DNA from: an uncultured delta proteobacterium | Lineage (GTDB): Bacteria; Myxococcota_A; Polyangia; Polyangiales; Polyangiaceae | Assembly (NCBI GenBank): GCA_963763745.1 | Contig: CAVXQJ010000016.1 | Location: forward strand, 385,029-449,028 | Direction: 5' to 3' | DNA length: 64,000 bases | In this document: piece by piece, positions 36,597-45,898 of the stretch | How the letters are laid out: each line of letters opens with the position of its first letter | Numbering within the stretch: the stretch's first letter is position 1 | Program-made: the position numbers and the translations under genes | Notes under the pieces: model-generated | Databases searched by the model: none | Told to the model about the DNA's origin: nothing | The model's input: only the letters and a program-made list of their open reading frames with translations

Positions 36597-38939
36597 GTGT
36601 GGGTGATTCCCCGCGTCCTCTCCGATCCGCCGTGGCGGGTCAGGACTCATCTCGTCGCGCGACCAAGCCTGGTCGCGCGAGGAACGTCGACGTGTGACAC
36701 GAAGCTCGTGTGGGAAGACGGTGAGCGCGCGCGCTTCGCGGGAAAGGCCACGAAGCTCGCGAATCCTCTGGCGGAGGAGAAGCTCTTCGAACGATTGCTC
36801 GACGAGCTCGACAAGAAGACGCCGCTGAAGACCGACGACGTCGCGCGGCTCGGCGACGAAAAGCTCGCCGAGCTTGCGGAAGAGCTGGGCCCGACGAACG
36901 TGCACGTGCAGACGATGAAGCTCGTGCTCGCGCGGCTCGGCGACTCGATCGCTTCGCACGCCGTGACGATCGTGCGAGCCGCGCCGCGCGAGCGTCTCTT
37001 GTTCGAAGCAGCGATGCCGATTCGATTGCCCGACCTCGCGCGCAACGCAGCGGCGATTTTCTTCGAGCGCGAGCTGCCCAAGGAGACGTACGCGCTCTCC
37101 GAGGCGGAGCAGTGGATGCTTCGTCACGCGCACGCGGCCGCGTGCGGGCTCGCGGGTGCCTCGTCGGACGCCGCGCGCGCGGGGCTCGCGTTCATGGCGG
37201 CGTTTGGAAAATTGGACGACATGCGAGGCGCGCTCGCGGACGACGCGATCGCTTCGCTCGAGCCGTTCGCGGCGCTCGCACCGCTCGCGGCGCGCGACGA
37301 CAAAAGGCTCGCTGTCGTCCTCGCCGCGCGCGGCGCGGATGCACGTGCCGTCGCGCTCCTCGAGAAGGATCCCGAAGCCGCCGCGTGGGTCGCGCGCGTT
37401 CGCGAGGGCGAAGCGAAGAAGCAGCTCGACGCGGTGCCCGAGGCCGTCGCGCCGCTCCCCGCGTTCTTCGATCCATCGGCGCTCCCTCGACCGACGCTCA
37501 GAGGCGGCACCGCGCTCCCCGACGACGCCGTGCGCGCGCTCGGCGAGATGCTTCGATTCTCTCCGCTGAAAAATCCGTACGTCGGCGTCGCGCAAGTGCA
37601 GGAGGCGTGTGACGCGGAATCGCTCGATGCGTTCGTGCTCGCCCTCTTCGAGCGATGGCGCGAGGCGGGCGAAGACCCGCGCGACGTGTGGGCGCTCGAG
37701 GCGTGCGGAAAAATCGGCGGCGACGCGTCGGCGCGCGAGATGGCAACACGCGTTCGCTCGTGGGCGCGCGGCGCGGATCCACCGCGTTATGGCTGGGATC
37801 ACGACGCGCATCGGCAAGTGCTCGTCGCGCCGGGGAGCCGCGGTTATGCGTACGCGCGCGCGGGCGCGTCCGTGCTCGCCTCGATCGCGGAGCACGGAAC
37901 GGGCGACGCGCGCGAGGTCGCGCGGCTCGCCATCGAGGACATCGCGAAGACGGGCGTGCAAGCGTGGCTGCGCAAGGTCGCGCACGAGCTCCTCGGCGAT
38001 GCGGACGTGAAGCACGACGAGATTGACGCGCCCGTTCCCACAGTCGGCCTCGACGACGACGGATCCGCGACGCTCGAATTGAGCGTGCCGAAGGCAGGCT
38101 CCATGACTCGATCGTATCGCGTGAAGTTCACCGAGGACCTCACGCCGTATCTCACCGACGAGCACGACAAACGCATCGAGTCGCTCCCCAAGCAACGCAA
38201 AGACGACGACGCGAAGAAATACGCCACGGCGAAAGACCGCTGGACCACGATCGTGAAGGACTCGAAGATCGTCGCGCGATTCCAGACTGCGCTGCTGCAA
38301 TCGATGATGGTGAGCCAGCGCACGTTCACGAGCGCGCAGTTCCTCGAGCGATTCGTGAAGCACCCGCTGCTCCGGCACCTCGGTCGTCGCGTCGTGTGGA
38401 GCGCGAGCCCGGGCGACGTGTCGCTGGCGTTTCGCGTCGCCGAGGACGGCTCGTTCGCCGACGTGCACGACGCCGCGTTCGCGCTCGGACATCACGCCGT
38501 CACCGTCGCGCATCCCGTCTTGATGGATCGCGACACGCTCGCCGCGTGGCGAACGCGCTTCCACGATTACATGCTCATGCAGCCGTTCCCCCAGCTCGAG
38601 CGCGAGATCTTCGTGTGCTCGGCGAAAGAAATCGGCGAGCACGACATCCCGGACATCGCGGGTCGCAAGACGTCGCGCGGGCGACTCTTCCAGCTCCGCA
38701 ATTGGCGCCTCCGCTACGACGAAGACGAGAACGCGAGCGAGTACGTGCACGAGCTCTCGTCGGGCGCGAACGCGCGCATCCTCGTCGAGCCACCCGTGAC
38801 GAACGACGCCAAAGACGGCGAGGTCTTCACGATCACGCGCGCCATGTGCACACACACGCTCGATCGATTGTCGAGAATCGACTACTCGGAGCTCAGGCGC
38901 GACATCGAACGCGCGTCCGTGTCGAAGACCTCAGGATGA
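36597..38939 (+). CDS. DUF4132-domain protein
   Basis: C-terminal region ...ARFQTALLQSMMVSQRTFTSAQFLERFVKHPLLRHLGRRVVWSA...FRVAEDGSFADVHDAAFALGHHAVTVAHPVLMD... is typical of DUF4132. The true start may be downstream of the track start. Confidence 0.65.
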   Translation: MWVIPRVLSDPPWRVRTHLVARPSLVARGTSTCDTKLVWEDGERARFAGKATKLANPLAEEKLFERLLDELDKKTPLKTDDVARLGDEKLAELAEELGPTNVHVQTMKLVLARLGDSIASHAVTIVRAAPRERLLFEAAMPIRLPDLARNAAAIFFERELPKETYALSEAEQWMLRHAHAAACGLAGASSDAARAGLAFMAAFGKLDDMRGALADDAIASLEPFAALAPLAARDDKRLAVVLAARGADARAVALLEKDPEAAAWVARVREGEAKKQLDAVPEAVAPLPAFFDPSALPRPTLRGGTALPDDAVRALGEMLRFSPLKNPYVGVAQVQEACDAESLDAFVLALFERWREAGEDPRDVWALEACGKIGGDASAREMATRVRSWARGADPPRYGWDHDAHRQVLVAPGSRGYAYARAGASVLASIAEHGTGDAREVARLAIEDIAKTGVQAWLRKVAHELLGDADVKHDEIDAPVPTVGLDDDGSATLELSVPKAGSMTRSYRVKFTEDLTPYLTDEHDKRIESLPKQRKDDDAKKYATAKDRWTTIVKDSKIVARFQTALLQSMMVSQRTFTSAQFLERFVKHPLLRHLGRRVVWSASPGDVSLAFRVAEDGSFADVHDAAFALGHHAVTVAHPVLMDRDTLAAWRTRFHDYMLMQPFPQLEREIFVCSAKEIGEHDIPDIAGRKTSRGRLFQLRNWRLRYDEDENASEYVHELSSGANARILVEPPVTNDAKDGEVFTITRAMCTHTLDRLSRIDYSELRRDIERASVSKTSG
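36648..36677. repeat. inverse-orientation copies of the CTTGGTCGCGCGAYGAGAY motif
   Basis: catctcgtcgcgcgaccaag-cctggtcgcgcgagg; reverse complement of the first unit is cttggtcgcgcgacgagatg. Confidence 0.6.
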
Positions 38940-40285
38940 ACGAAGATCTCCGCAAGATTCCCGACGAAGTGCGTGCACTCTGCAAGCAACTGAAGTCGCA
39001 CGGCTTCCAGGCGTACATCGTCGGTGGGTGCGTGCGCGATCTCTTGCTCGGCAAGAGCCCGTCGGATTGGGACGTCACGACGGACGCGAAGCCCGAGGAC
39101 GTGAAGAAGATTTTTCCGCGCGTCATCCCGACGGGCATCCAGCACGGAACGGTCACCGTGCTGATGAAGCACACGCCCTACGAGGTGACGACGTTCCGCG
39201 GCGAAGGCGCGTACTCGGACGGTCGCCGCCCCGACTCGGTCGAGTTCGTGAGCGACATCACCGCGGACCTCGCGCGCCGCGACTTCACCGTGAACGCGAT
39301 CGCGCTCGACCCGGACGACGGGCGCATCGTCGACCCATTCGAAGGCGAGAAAGACATCGCGCGCCGTGTGATCCGCGCGGTGGGCGTGCCGCTCGATCGA
39401 TTCCGCGAAGACGGCCTGCGCGTTCTCCGCGCGGCGCGCTTCACGGCGACGCTCGACTTCTCGCTCGACCCCGTGACCGAGAGCGCGATCGAGCCGAGCC
39501 TCGACGTCTTCAAGAAAGTCTCGCAAGAGCGCGTGCGCGACGAATGGGTCAAATCGATGAAGGCGAAGAAACCGTCGCGCGCATTCGACGTGATGCGCAC
39601 CACGGGGATTCTCGCGATCACGTGCCCCGAGATGCTCGAGGGCGTCGACATGGAACAGAACAAGTGGCACGCGTTCGACGTGTGGCGCCACGGCATGGAG
39701 TGCCTCGATGCGTGCGTCGGCGATCCCATCTTGCGCATCTCCGCGCTGCTCCACGACGTGGGCAAGCCGCGCTCGCGCGCGTTCAGCGAGAAGACGAAAG
39801 ACTGGACGTTCTACGATCACGAGCGCATCGGCGCCGAGATGGCCGACCCGATCTGCCAGCGCTTGCGATTTTCGAACGAAGAGCGCGAGCGCATCGTGCA
39901 CCTCGTTCGCAATCACTTGTTCCACTACACGGACGAATGGAACGACACGACAGTGCGCCGCTTCATCAAGCGCATCGGCAAAGAACGCCTCGAAGATCTC
40001 TACGCGCTGAACGAAGCGGACGTCCGCGCGAAGGGCAAGAAGGACATCCCCGACTTGTCCGCGCTCGCCGCCCTGAAGGCGCACGTCGAGCGCGTCATCG
40101 CACAGGGCGCCGCGCTCTCGACGCGCGACCTCGCGATCGGCGGACGCGATCTGATGAAGGAGCTCGCCGTGCCGCAGGGCCCGACGATCGGAAAAATCCT
40201 GAACGCGCTCCTCGAAGAGGTGATCGCGGATCCCGCGAAGAACGAGCGCGAAACGCTCCTCGCCCTCGCGCGCAAGATGCTCTAA
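38936..40285 (+). CDS. cca: CCA-adding tRNA nucleotidyltransferase (poly(A) polymerase family head plus HD domain)
   Basis: GGCVRDLLLGKSPSDWDVTT...RRDFTVNAIA...HD region LLHDVGKP...; ATGA overlap with the DUF4132 gene. Confidence 0.85.
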   Translation: MNEDLRKIPDEVRALCKQLKSHGFQAYIVGGCVRDLLLGKSPSDWDVTTDAKPEDVKKIFPRVIPTGIQHGTVTVLMKHTPYEVTTFRGEGAYSDGRRPDSVEFVSDITADLARRDFTVNAIALDPDDGRIVDPFEGEKDIARRVIRAVGVPLDRFREDGLRVLRAARFTATLDFSLDPVTESAIEPSLDVFKKVSQERVRDEWVKSMKAKKPSRAFDVMRTTGILAITCPEMLEGVDMEQNKWHAFDVWRHGMECLDACVGDPILRISALLHDVGKPRSRAFSEKTKDWTFYDHERIGAEMADPICQRLRFSNEERERIVHLVRNHLFHYTDEWNDTTVRRFIKRIGKERLEDLYALNEADVRAKGKKDIPDLSALAALKAHVERVIAQGAALSTRDLAIGGRDLMKELAVPQGPTIGKILNALLEEVIADPAKNERETLLALARKML

Positions 40286-40710
40286 ATCGGCCACACGCGA
40301 ACGCCGCGTTCGCGCGAGGCCAATCTGCTGATGTCGTCCGGATCGTGTGTGGCGATGATGGCCGGTGCAACGAGCGCAGCCGTCGCGACGACGAACGCGT
40401 CGACGGCGTTCGCGGAGCTCATCTTCGCAGCCGCGAGGAGAGCGCCGGCGCGTCGTGCGATGCGCGCGTCGAGATCGATGACGCCGATTCCGCGACCGTG
40501 AAGGACGTGCCAGAAAACGCGATCGATGGCCGCGTCGTGCGCGCCGCCGTGGCAGACTTCCGCGATCACCGGTGCGGGCACGCGCACGAGCGCGCTTCGT
40601 TCGTGCGCAACGGCGAGAATCGCGCGCGCGCGGAGCGCTGCGGCGCCGCGCATTCGCGCGTGTGCGATGGCATCGAGCGCCTCGGCGTCGAGGATCAGGA
40701 CTTCGGCCAC
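40282..40710 (-). CDS. vapC: PIN-domain toxin (VapC-like)
   Basis: 142 aa, MAEVLILDAEALDAI..., acidic PIN residues; overlaps the upstream antitoxin gene. Confidence 0.7.
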   Translation of the reverse strand: MAEVLILDAEALDAIAHARMRGAAALRARAILAVAHERSALVRVPAPVIAEVCHGGAHDAAIDRVFWHVLHGRGIGVIDLDARIARRAGALLAAAKMSSANAVDAFVVATAALVAPAIIATHDPDDISRLASRERGVRVWPI

Positions 40711-40925
40711 GCGGCTCGCGCCTCGCGGAGCAAACGCTGTGGCACCGGACCGTGTGCGTCCTCGAGCTCGGTCAGGAGCTCACCGAGCTGCGCGCGCTCG
40801 AGCTCGTGGGCGATGGCGACGGCGACGAACCTCGACACACCACGCGCGCCCACGCGCTTCTGCATCGACCGCGCAAGCTCGCGCGGCAGGCTGACGGAAA
40901 TCTTCTCGGTCGTAGAGTGTCTCAC
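40695..40925 (-). CDS. vapB: ribbon-helix-helix antitoxin (VapB/CopG-like)
   Basis: 76 aa, KISVSLPRELARSMQKRVGARGVSRFVAVAIAHELE; 16-nt overlap with vapC. Confidence 0.6.
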   Translation of the reverse strand: MRHSTTEKISVSLPRELARSMQKRVGARGVSRFVAVAIAHELERAQLGELLTELEDAHGPVPQRLLREARAAWPKS

Positions 40926-40997
40926 GTCGAATTCCTACCACGGTAGGAATCAGGCGACAACCGAGCCAGCCCAAGCCGGTCCAATCCACTCCCAGCC

Positions 40998-42485
40998 TTG
41001 CGGTTTCCCCAAATATGGTACGGTCGCGCCGTGCGCGCGCACTCGACGATTTTTCTCGCCCTCTTCGTCGCGTCTATGTCCGTCACGCACACGGCTTCCG
41101 CGCAGACGACGCCTCCCGCGAAGTCGACGATCAGCGTCGGCGATTTCGAGCTCTCGCCGGAGCTCGAGGTGCGCACGCGCGGCGAGTATCGCCGCAACCC
41201 CGTCGACATGGGCGGCGCGGGGAGCGGGTTCTACACGGAAGATCCGTGGGCGGTGATGGAGCGCGCGCGCGTGGGCCTCGGCGCCGAGCGCGGTCCTTTG
41301 CGCGCGCAGGTCACGTTCCAAGACGCGCGCGTTTGGGGATCGACTCCGGCCACCGCGACGTTCGGCGGCACCGACGCGTTCGCGTCGACGGGCGTGTACG
41401 AAGCCTTCATCGAAATCCACACGACGAACCCCTCGCCGCCCACGTCGACGAACGTCGCCGCGCCGCAACCGCAATACCTCCGCGTCGGTCGCCAAGCGAT
41501 CGTGTGGGACGGCGGTCGCCTTCTCGGCAACGCCGATTTTTCTCCCGTCGCGCGCACGCTCGATGCCGTGCGCGGTCACGTCGGTTGGCGTTCGCTCGAT
41601 TTCGAAGCGTTCGGCGCCATCCTCGACGAAGCGCACCCGATCGGGATCGGCTTCGGCGATCCGACCGGTCCCTACAACGGCGGCGCGCAGCTCTATGGCG
41701 CGCTCGCATCGCTCACGCTCGACCCGCTCTTTCGCGCGCAGGTCTACGGGCTCTTTCGTCCGCACACGTCATCGTCGACGACCGACACGCTCGTCGCATC
41801 GCCGTTCTCCGTGTCGCGCGCGATCGGCGACAACTGGACGGTCGCGCTCGGCATCGGCGGCGACTCGAAGGGATGGAAGTACGGCGTGACGGGCGCACTG
41901 CAGCTCGGTCATGTCGCGCCGTCGATGGACAGGCTCGCGTACGCCGTCGCCGGCGACGTGTCGCGCACGTTCGACGGCATCGTGCTCACGCCCACCGCGA
42001 AGATCGGCGCCGCGTTCGCGAGCGGCAGCGACGGCTCGGCGACGCAATATCACCAATTCGATCCGCTCTATCCCGACGTGCAAGTGAACCACGGGCTCCT
42101 CGGCGCGTTTGCGTGGTCGAACATCGTCGACGTGCACGGCTCGGTGAGCGTCGTGCCCGTCGCGGATCTTCACGTGAAAGCGGAGTATCGCTACGCGCGC
42201 ACCGCGAGCACCTACGGCGACTGGCTCGACACGTATCTCGTGCGCGCCGGCGCGCCCGTCTGCCAACCCAACGTGAATCCGTGCGTCGGCTCACAAGAGC
42301 TCGGTCACGAGGTCGACGTCGTCGTCTCGTATCGCCCGTGGCCCGCGCTCGACGTGGCCGCCGGCTACGCGCTCTTGATCCTCGGCGACGGCGCAAAACA
42401 AATGATGCTCGCGCAAGGCCGCGGCCCAACGGATCTGTCGCACTACGCGTTCTTGCAGCTGACGGTCAACGTGCCGGCAAAATAG
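40998..42485 (+). CDS. outer-membrane beta-barrel protein of the alginate-export (AlgE-like) family
   Basis: Signal peptide, then an aromatic/Gly-rich barrel sequence and a terminal ...FLQLTVNVPAK. Confidence 0.6.
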   Translation: MRFPQIWYGRAVRAHSTIFLALFVASMSVTHTASAQTTPPAKSTISVGDFELSPELEVRTRGEYRRNPVDMGGAGSGFYTEDPWAVMERARVGLGAERGPLRAQVTFQDARVWGSTPATATFGGTDAFASTGVYEAFIEIHTTNPSPPTSTNVAAPQPQYLRVGRQAIVWDGGRLLGNADFSPVARTLDAVRGHVGWRSLDFEAFGAILDEAHPIGIGFGDPTGPYNGGAQLYGALASLTLDPLFRAQVYGLFRPHTSSSTTDTLVASPFSVSRAIGDNWTVALGIGGDSKGWKYGVTGALQLGHVAPSMDRLAYAVAGDVSRTFDGIVLTPTAKIGAAFASGSDGSATQYHQFDPLYPDVQVNHGLLGAFAWSNIVDVHGSVSVVPVADLHVKAEYRYARTASTYGDWLDTYLVRAGAPVCQPNVNPCVGSQELGHEVDVVVSYRPWPALDVAAGYALLILGDGAKQMMLAQGRGPTDLSHYAFLQLTVNVPAK

Positions 42486-42497
42486 CGAGTTCCTCGA

Positions 42498-43781
42498 CTA
42501 ATACCGCTTCACGAAAATGCCCGGGTTGCCGCCCGTGCTGCATGTCGTCGACGACGTCGCTTGGCTCGCCTGCGATTGCGTGAACGACGTCTCGGTGGGC
42601 CCGCTCGGCTCCAAGTAGAGCTGGATGATCGTGGCGGAGTACGTCGTCGTGCACGAGACGAGTTGATTCACCGCGGGCTCCATGTACGACGCACCCGCGA
42701 GGCCGAGGTACGACGCGCCGCCCGTGTTCTCGATGCAGCAGTTCGAGACGGACCACGTGCCGGGGCTGATGTTCGTGAGCCCGCCGTTGCGCGTGTAGAG
42801 GTACGCGAACGCGGAGTCGAACTGCGCCTTGTTCGCGAAGTCGGTCGTGCCGACGAACGTGTAGCCGTTGTACGTCGCCGAGTATTGACCGAAGCCGAAG
42901 TCTTCGTACGTGACGCCGCCGTTCGTCATGTCGCAGTAGACGCCGATGTCGGTCGAATTCGGGTGCGTCGTGTAGACGCCGTCAGTCGCGCTCGGAATTT
43001 GCGTGAGGTACGCCGAGCAGTTCGCGAGCGCAGTCGCCGTGTGCCACGGATCGCTCGCGGTTCCCGATCCGAGGAGCGCCGTTTTGCAAACGCCCGCGAC
43101 GCACGTCTGCGCGTTCAAACACGGATGAAAGCAGCTCCCGCAATCGGCGTTCGAATTCTGCGTGTCGGCGCAGTGCGCGCCCGAGCCGCCGTCGCCGGCG
43201 TCGGTCGTGCCGCCGTCGGGGATGCAGAGCGTTTGTCCGCCCGTGCACGTGGAGGTGCACGCGCCCGACGTGCACGTCTCGAGGTTCGCGATGCACGTCG
43301 TCGTGCAGTTGCCGCAGTGCGCGTTGTCCGTTTGCGTGTTGACGCATGTCGGGCCGCCGTCCGCGCCCGTGCACGACGTTTCGTTCTGCGGGCACGTCTG
43401 TGATCCGCCGGTGCACTTTCCGCTCGTGCACGTTTGCCCGCTCGTGCACGCGTTCCCGCACGAGCCGCAATTCTTCGCGTCGCTCGAGAGCGTCGCGCAC
43501 GTCGCCTTGCCGCCGTCGGGGGCGCAGAGCGTCTCGCCGCCGCTGCAGCTCGTTCCGCATTTTCCCTGCGAGCAGACTTGCGTGCTCGTGCACGCCGTTC
43601 CGCACGAGCCGCAGTTGTCGGGATCGTTCGACGTGTCGACGCACGCGTTGCCGCACATCGTGCTCGTGCAGCCGCTGTCGGCGTTCGAAACGATGCCGCC
43701 CGTCGCGCAACCTTGCGCGATCGCGATGACCGCGATCGCCGACGACGCACCGAACCCCACGGCGAAGCGAAAGCGAAGCAT
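42498..43781 (-). CDS. secreted protein with Cys-rich repeats (NCGSCGNACTSGQTCTSGKC type) and a C-terminal fibrinogen-related-like domain
   Basis: Signal MLRFRFAVGFGASSAIAVIAIAQG; five or more repeats; C-terminal ...LANCSAYLTQIPSATDGVYTTHP...IGVYCDMTNGGVTYEDFGFG resembles fibrinogen C-domain motifs. Confidence 0.6.
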   Translation of the reverse strand: MLRFRFAVGFGASSAIAVIAIAQGCATGGIVSNADSGCTSTMCGNACVDTSNDPDNCGSCGTACTSTQVCSQGKCGTSCSGGETLCAPDGGKATCATLSSDAKNCGSCGNACTSGQTCTSGKCTGGSQTCPQNETSCTGADGGPTCVNTQTDNAHCGNCTTTCIANLETCTSGACTSTCTGGQTLCIPDGGTTDAGDGGSGAHCADTQNSNADCGSCFHPCLNAQTCVAGVCKTALLGSGTASDPWHTATALANCSAYLTQIPSATDGVYTTHPNSTDIGVYCDMTNGGVTYEDFGFGQYSATYNGYTFVGTTDFANKAQFDSAFAYLYTRNGGLTNISPGTWSVSNCCIENTGGASYLGLAGASYMEPAVNQLVSCTTTYSATIIQLYLEPSGPTETSFTQSQASQATSSTTCSTGGNPGIFVKRY

Positions 43782-43797
43782 CGCGTTCAGCGTAGCA

Positions 43798-44415
43798 TCA
43801 AAGGCCGTTCCAGCGACGGTTCGGGCCGACGTCCGCGTGCGTGAAGCGGTCGCCTTCTGACAGGTAGACGCCTACGCCGCCGTCCCAATGGAGGTCCTCG
43901 CGAAGCTCCCGCTCCATCTCTCTCGGGTCGAGACCCGGACCATCGCCGACGACGATGCGAAAATCGACGGCATGGCCGAGCGTGTGTTGCGAGTGCGTCG
44001 CGACGTGGTGGCCTTTCTTGCGAAGGGTCTCGTTGAGCTTTTCGCTCCGGTAGCCGCTGACGATCTCGATGCGCGCGCCGGGATGAAGTCGCGCGAGCGC
44101 GCGCAGCATGTCCAAGAGACGCCGATCGATCGCGTGCGTTTGCCCCGTCACGCGATCCGCGAGGAGCGCGTCGAAGCGCGCCGCAGCGGGCGACGCGTCA
44201 TCGAGCATCACGTGCTCGTTCGTGTGCGTTTGGACGATCGTCGCGAGCAGATCGCGTCCGTCGTCGTCCGCGTTGGCGGCGCTCTTCTTCGAGTCGAGCT
44301 TCATCGTGCGCCCGCGTTGGGAGAGGAAGCTCGCGTCGCTCGCGCTCGTCACGCTCACGCTGGCGCTCGCGAGCGCAGCGGAGAGAACGCACGGGACGAA
44401 ACGCAGCCACACCAC
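43798..44415 (-). CDS. DUF882 / peptidase M15A-like secreted protein (YcbK family)
   Basis: ...HSQHTLGHAVDFRI... Confidence 0.65.
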   Translation of the reverse strand: MVWLRFVPCVLSAALASASVSVTSASDASFLSQRGRTMKLDSKKSAANADDDGRDLLATIVQTHTNEHVMLDDASPAAARFDALLADRVTGQTHAIDRRLLDMLRALARLHPGARIEIVSGYRSEKLNETLRKKGHHVATHSQHTLGHAVDFRIVVGDGPGLDPREMERELREDLHWDGGVGVYLSEGDRFTHADVGPNRRWNGL

Positions 44416-44448
44416 TCAAACAGTGTATCCTCTCGGCGTTCCGTCGCG

Positions 44449-45021
44449 ATGGTCGAAGAAAGCACTCGAGACACCGATCTTCTCGCGCGCATCGCCAAGG
44501 GCGATACGGCTGCGCTCGGTGAGCTCTACGATCGCTACGCGACGCTGCTCTTTCCCGTCGCGCTGCGGATCATGCGCGTGCGCGCCGAGGCCGAGGACGT
44601 GCTGCACGATGCGTTCGTCGTCGTGAGCGAGCGCGCCGCGCAATACGCGCCCGAACGCGGGTCGGTGCCGTCGTGGCTCGTGACGCTCGTGCGCAATTTG
44701 TCGATCGATCGCGCGCGGCGGCGCGAACGGCGCGGCGCGCTTCTTCATCGCGAGGCGGCGGGCGCGCTCTCCGGCGGCGAGTCGCGCTCGCCCGAGGCGC
44801 TCGCGGACGAATCCGCCGAACGCGCGCGCGTGCGTCGCGCGCTCGCCGCGCTCCCCGAAGCGCAACGCGAGACGCTGCTCGTCGCGTTCTTCGAAGGCCT
44901 CACGTATCCGGAGATCGCGGAGCGCGACGGCGTCCCGCTCGGCACGATCAAATCGCGCGCGGCGCGCGCGATGGCCACGCTGCGCGACGCGCTCGATGAA
45001 GAGGAGAAGAAAGACCAATGA
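44449..45021 (+). CDS. ECF-type RNA polymerase sigma factor
   Basis: Region 2 ...LYDRYATLLFPVALRIMRV...AEDVLHDAFV and region 4 ...LPEAQRETLLVAFFEGLTYPEIAERDGVPLGTIKSRAARA. Confidence 0.8.
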   Translation: MVEESTRDTDLLARIAKGDTAALGELYDRYATLLFPVALRIMRVRAEAEDVLHDAFVVVSERAAQYAPERGSVPSWLVTLVRNLSIDRARRRERRGALLHREAAGALSGGESRSPEALADESAERARVRRALAALPEAQRETLLVAFFEGLTYPEIAERDGVPLGTIKSRAARAMATLRDALDEEEKKDQ

Positions 45022-45851
45022 CGAAGACGAAGCGCGGCGCGCTCTCGCGAACGCGTACGAAGGGCCCCGTGCTGTTCTCATCGACGATGACGGGCGACGA
45101 CGTGCGCTGTGTGTGCGCCATCGTCCCCGGCTACGCCGACTACGCCGATCGCTACGACCACGTGCAGCGCGCTTGGGCCGAGCAAGGCGTCGCGTCGATC
45201 GCGATCGATCTCCGCGGTCACGGACACGCCGAAGGCCCGCGCGGCGGGTGTCGCGCGTTCTCCGACTACCACGACGACGTCGACGAGCTCTTCGTGCAAG
45301 TCCGCGAGCTCGCGGGGCCCGTGCCGATTTTTCTCTTCGGTCACAGCTTCGGCGGTCTCGTCGCCGCGTCGTGGGCGCTCGCGAAACCCAGCGATCAAAA
45401 AGGGCTCGTGCTCTCGAATCCGTACATGCGCGTCGCGATGGAGGTCCCCGCGATCAAGCGCGCCGCGGGAAAAATCGTGTCCGCGATTTTGCCGGGCATC
45501 GGCCTCGCGTCGGGCCTTCGCGGCGATCAGATGACGCACGACGAAGAACGCATCAAGGCGTACGACCACGATCCGCTCTCGTTCAAGAAGGCGAACGCGC
45601 GGTGGTTCGTCGAATCCGAAAAGACGCAAGCCGACGTGATGGCGCGCGCGAAGGACATCACGCTGCCGCTCATGACGGTGCTTGGCGGCGCCGACCCCGT
45701 CGTCGCGGGCGGACGCGAGCTCCACGACGCAACGTCGAGCGCCGACAAGACGCTCGACGTGCGCGAAGGATTACTTCACGAGGTCCTCAACGAACCCGAG
45801 TGGCCGAGCATCGCGAAGGCCATCGCCGACTGGATGCTCGACCGCGTCTAG
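45018..45851 (+). CDS. alpha/beta hydrolase (lysophospholipase/monoacylglycerol-lipase-like)
   Basis: GHSFGG nucleophile elbow, HGHAEG; ATGA overlap with the sigma-factor gene. Confidence 0.75.
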   Translation: MTKTKRGALSRTRTKGPVLFSSTMTGDDVRCVCAIVPGYADYADRYDHVQRAWAEQGVASIAIDLRGHGHAEGPRGGCRAFSDYHDDVDELFVQVRELAGPVPIFLFGHSFGGLVAASWALAKPSDQKGLVLSNPYMRVAMEVPAIKRAAGKIVSAILPGIGLASGLRGDQMTHDEERIKAYDHDPLSFKKANARWFVESEKTQADVMARAKDITLPLMTVLGGADPVVAGGRELHDATSSADKTLDVREGLLHEVLNEPEWPSIAKAIADWMLDRV

Positions 45852-45861
45852 TCAGTCACAT

Positions 45862-45885
45862 CGCGCGTGCAAGCCTGCACGCGCG
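45862..45885. terminator. perfect 10-bp palindrome with a 4-nt loop (cgcgcgtgca-agcc-tgcacgcgcg) between convergent genes
   Basis: Seen directly in the sequence; related to the element at 33881..33905. Confidence 0.4.
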
Positions 45886-45898
45886 AGGACGTGCGTGC

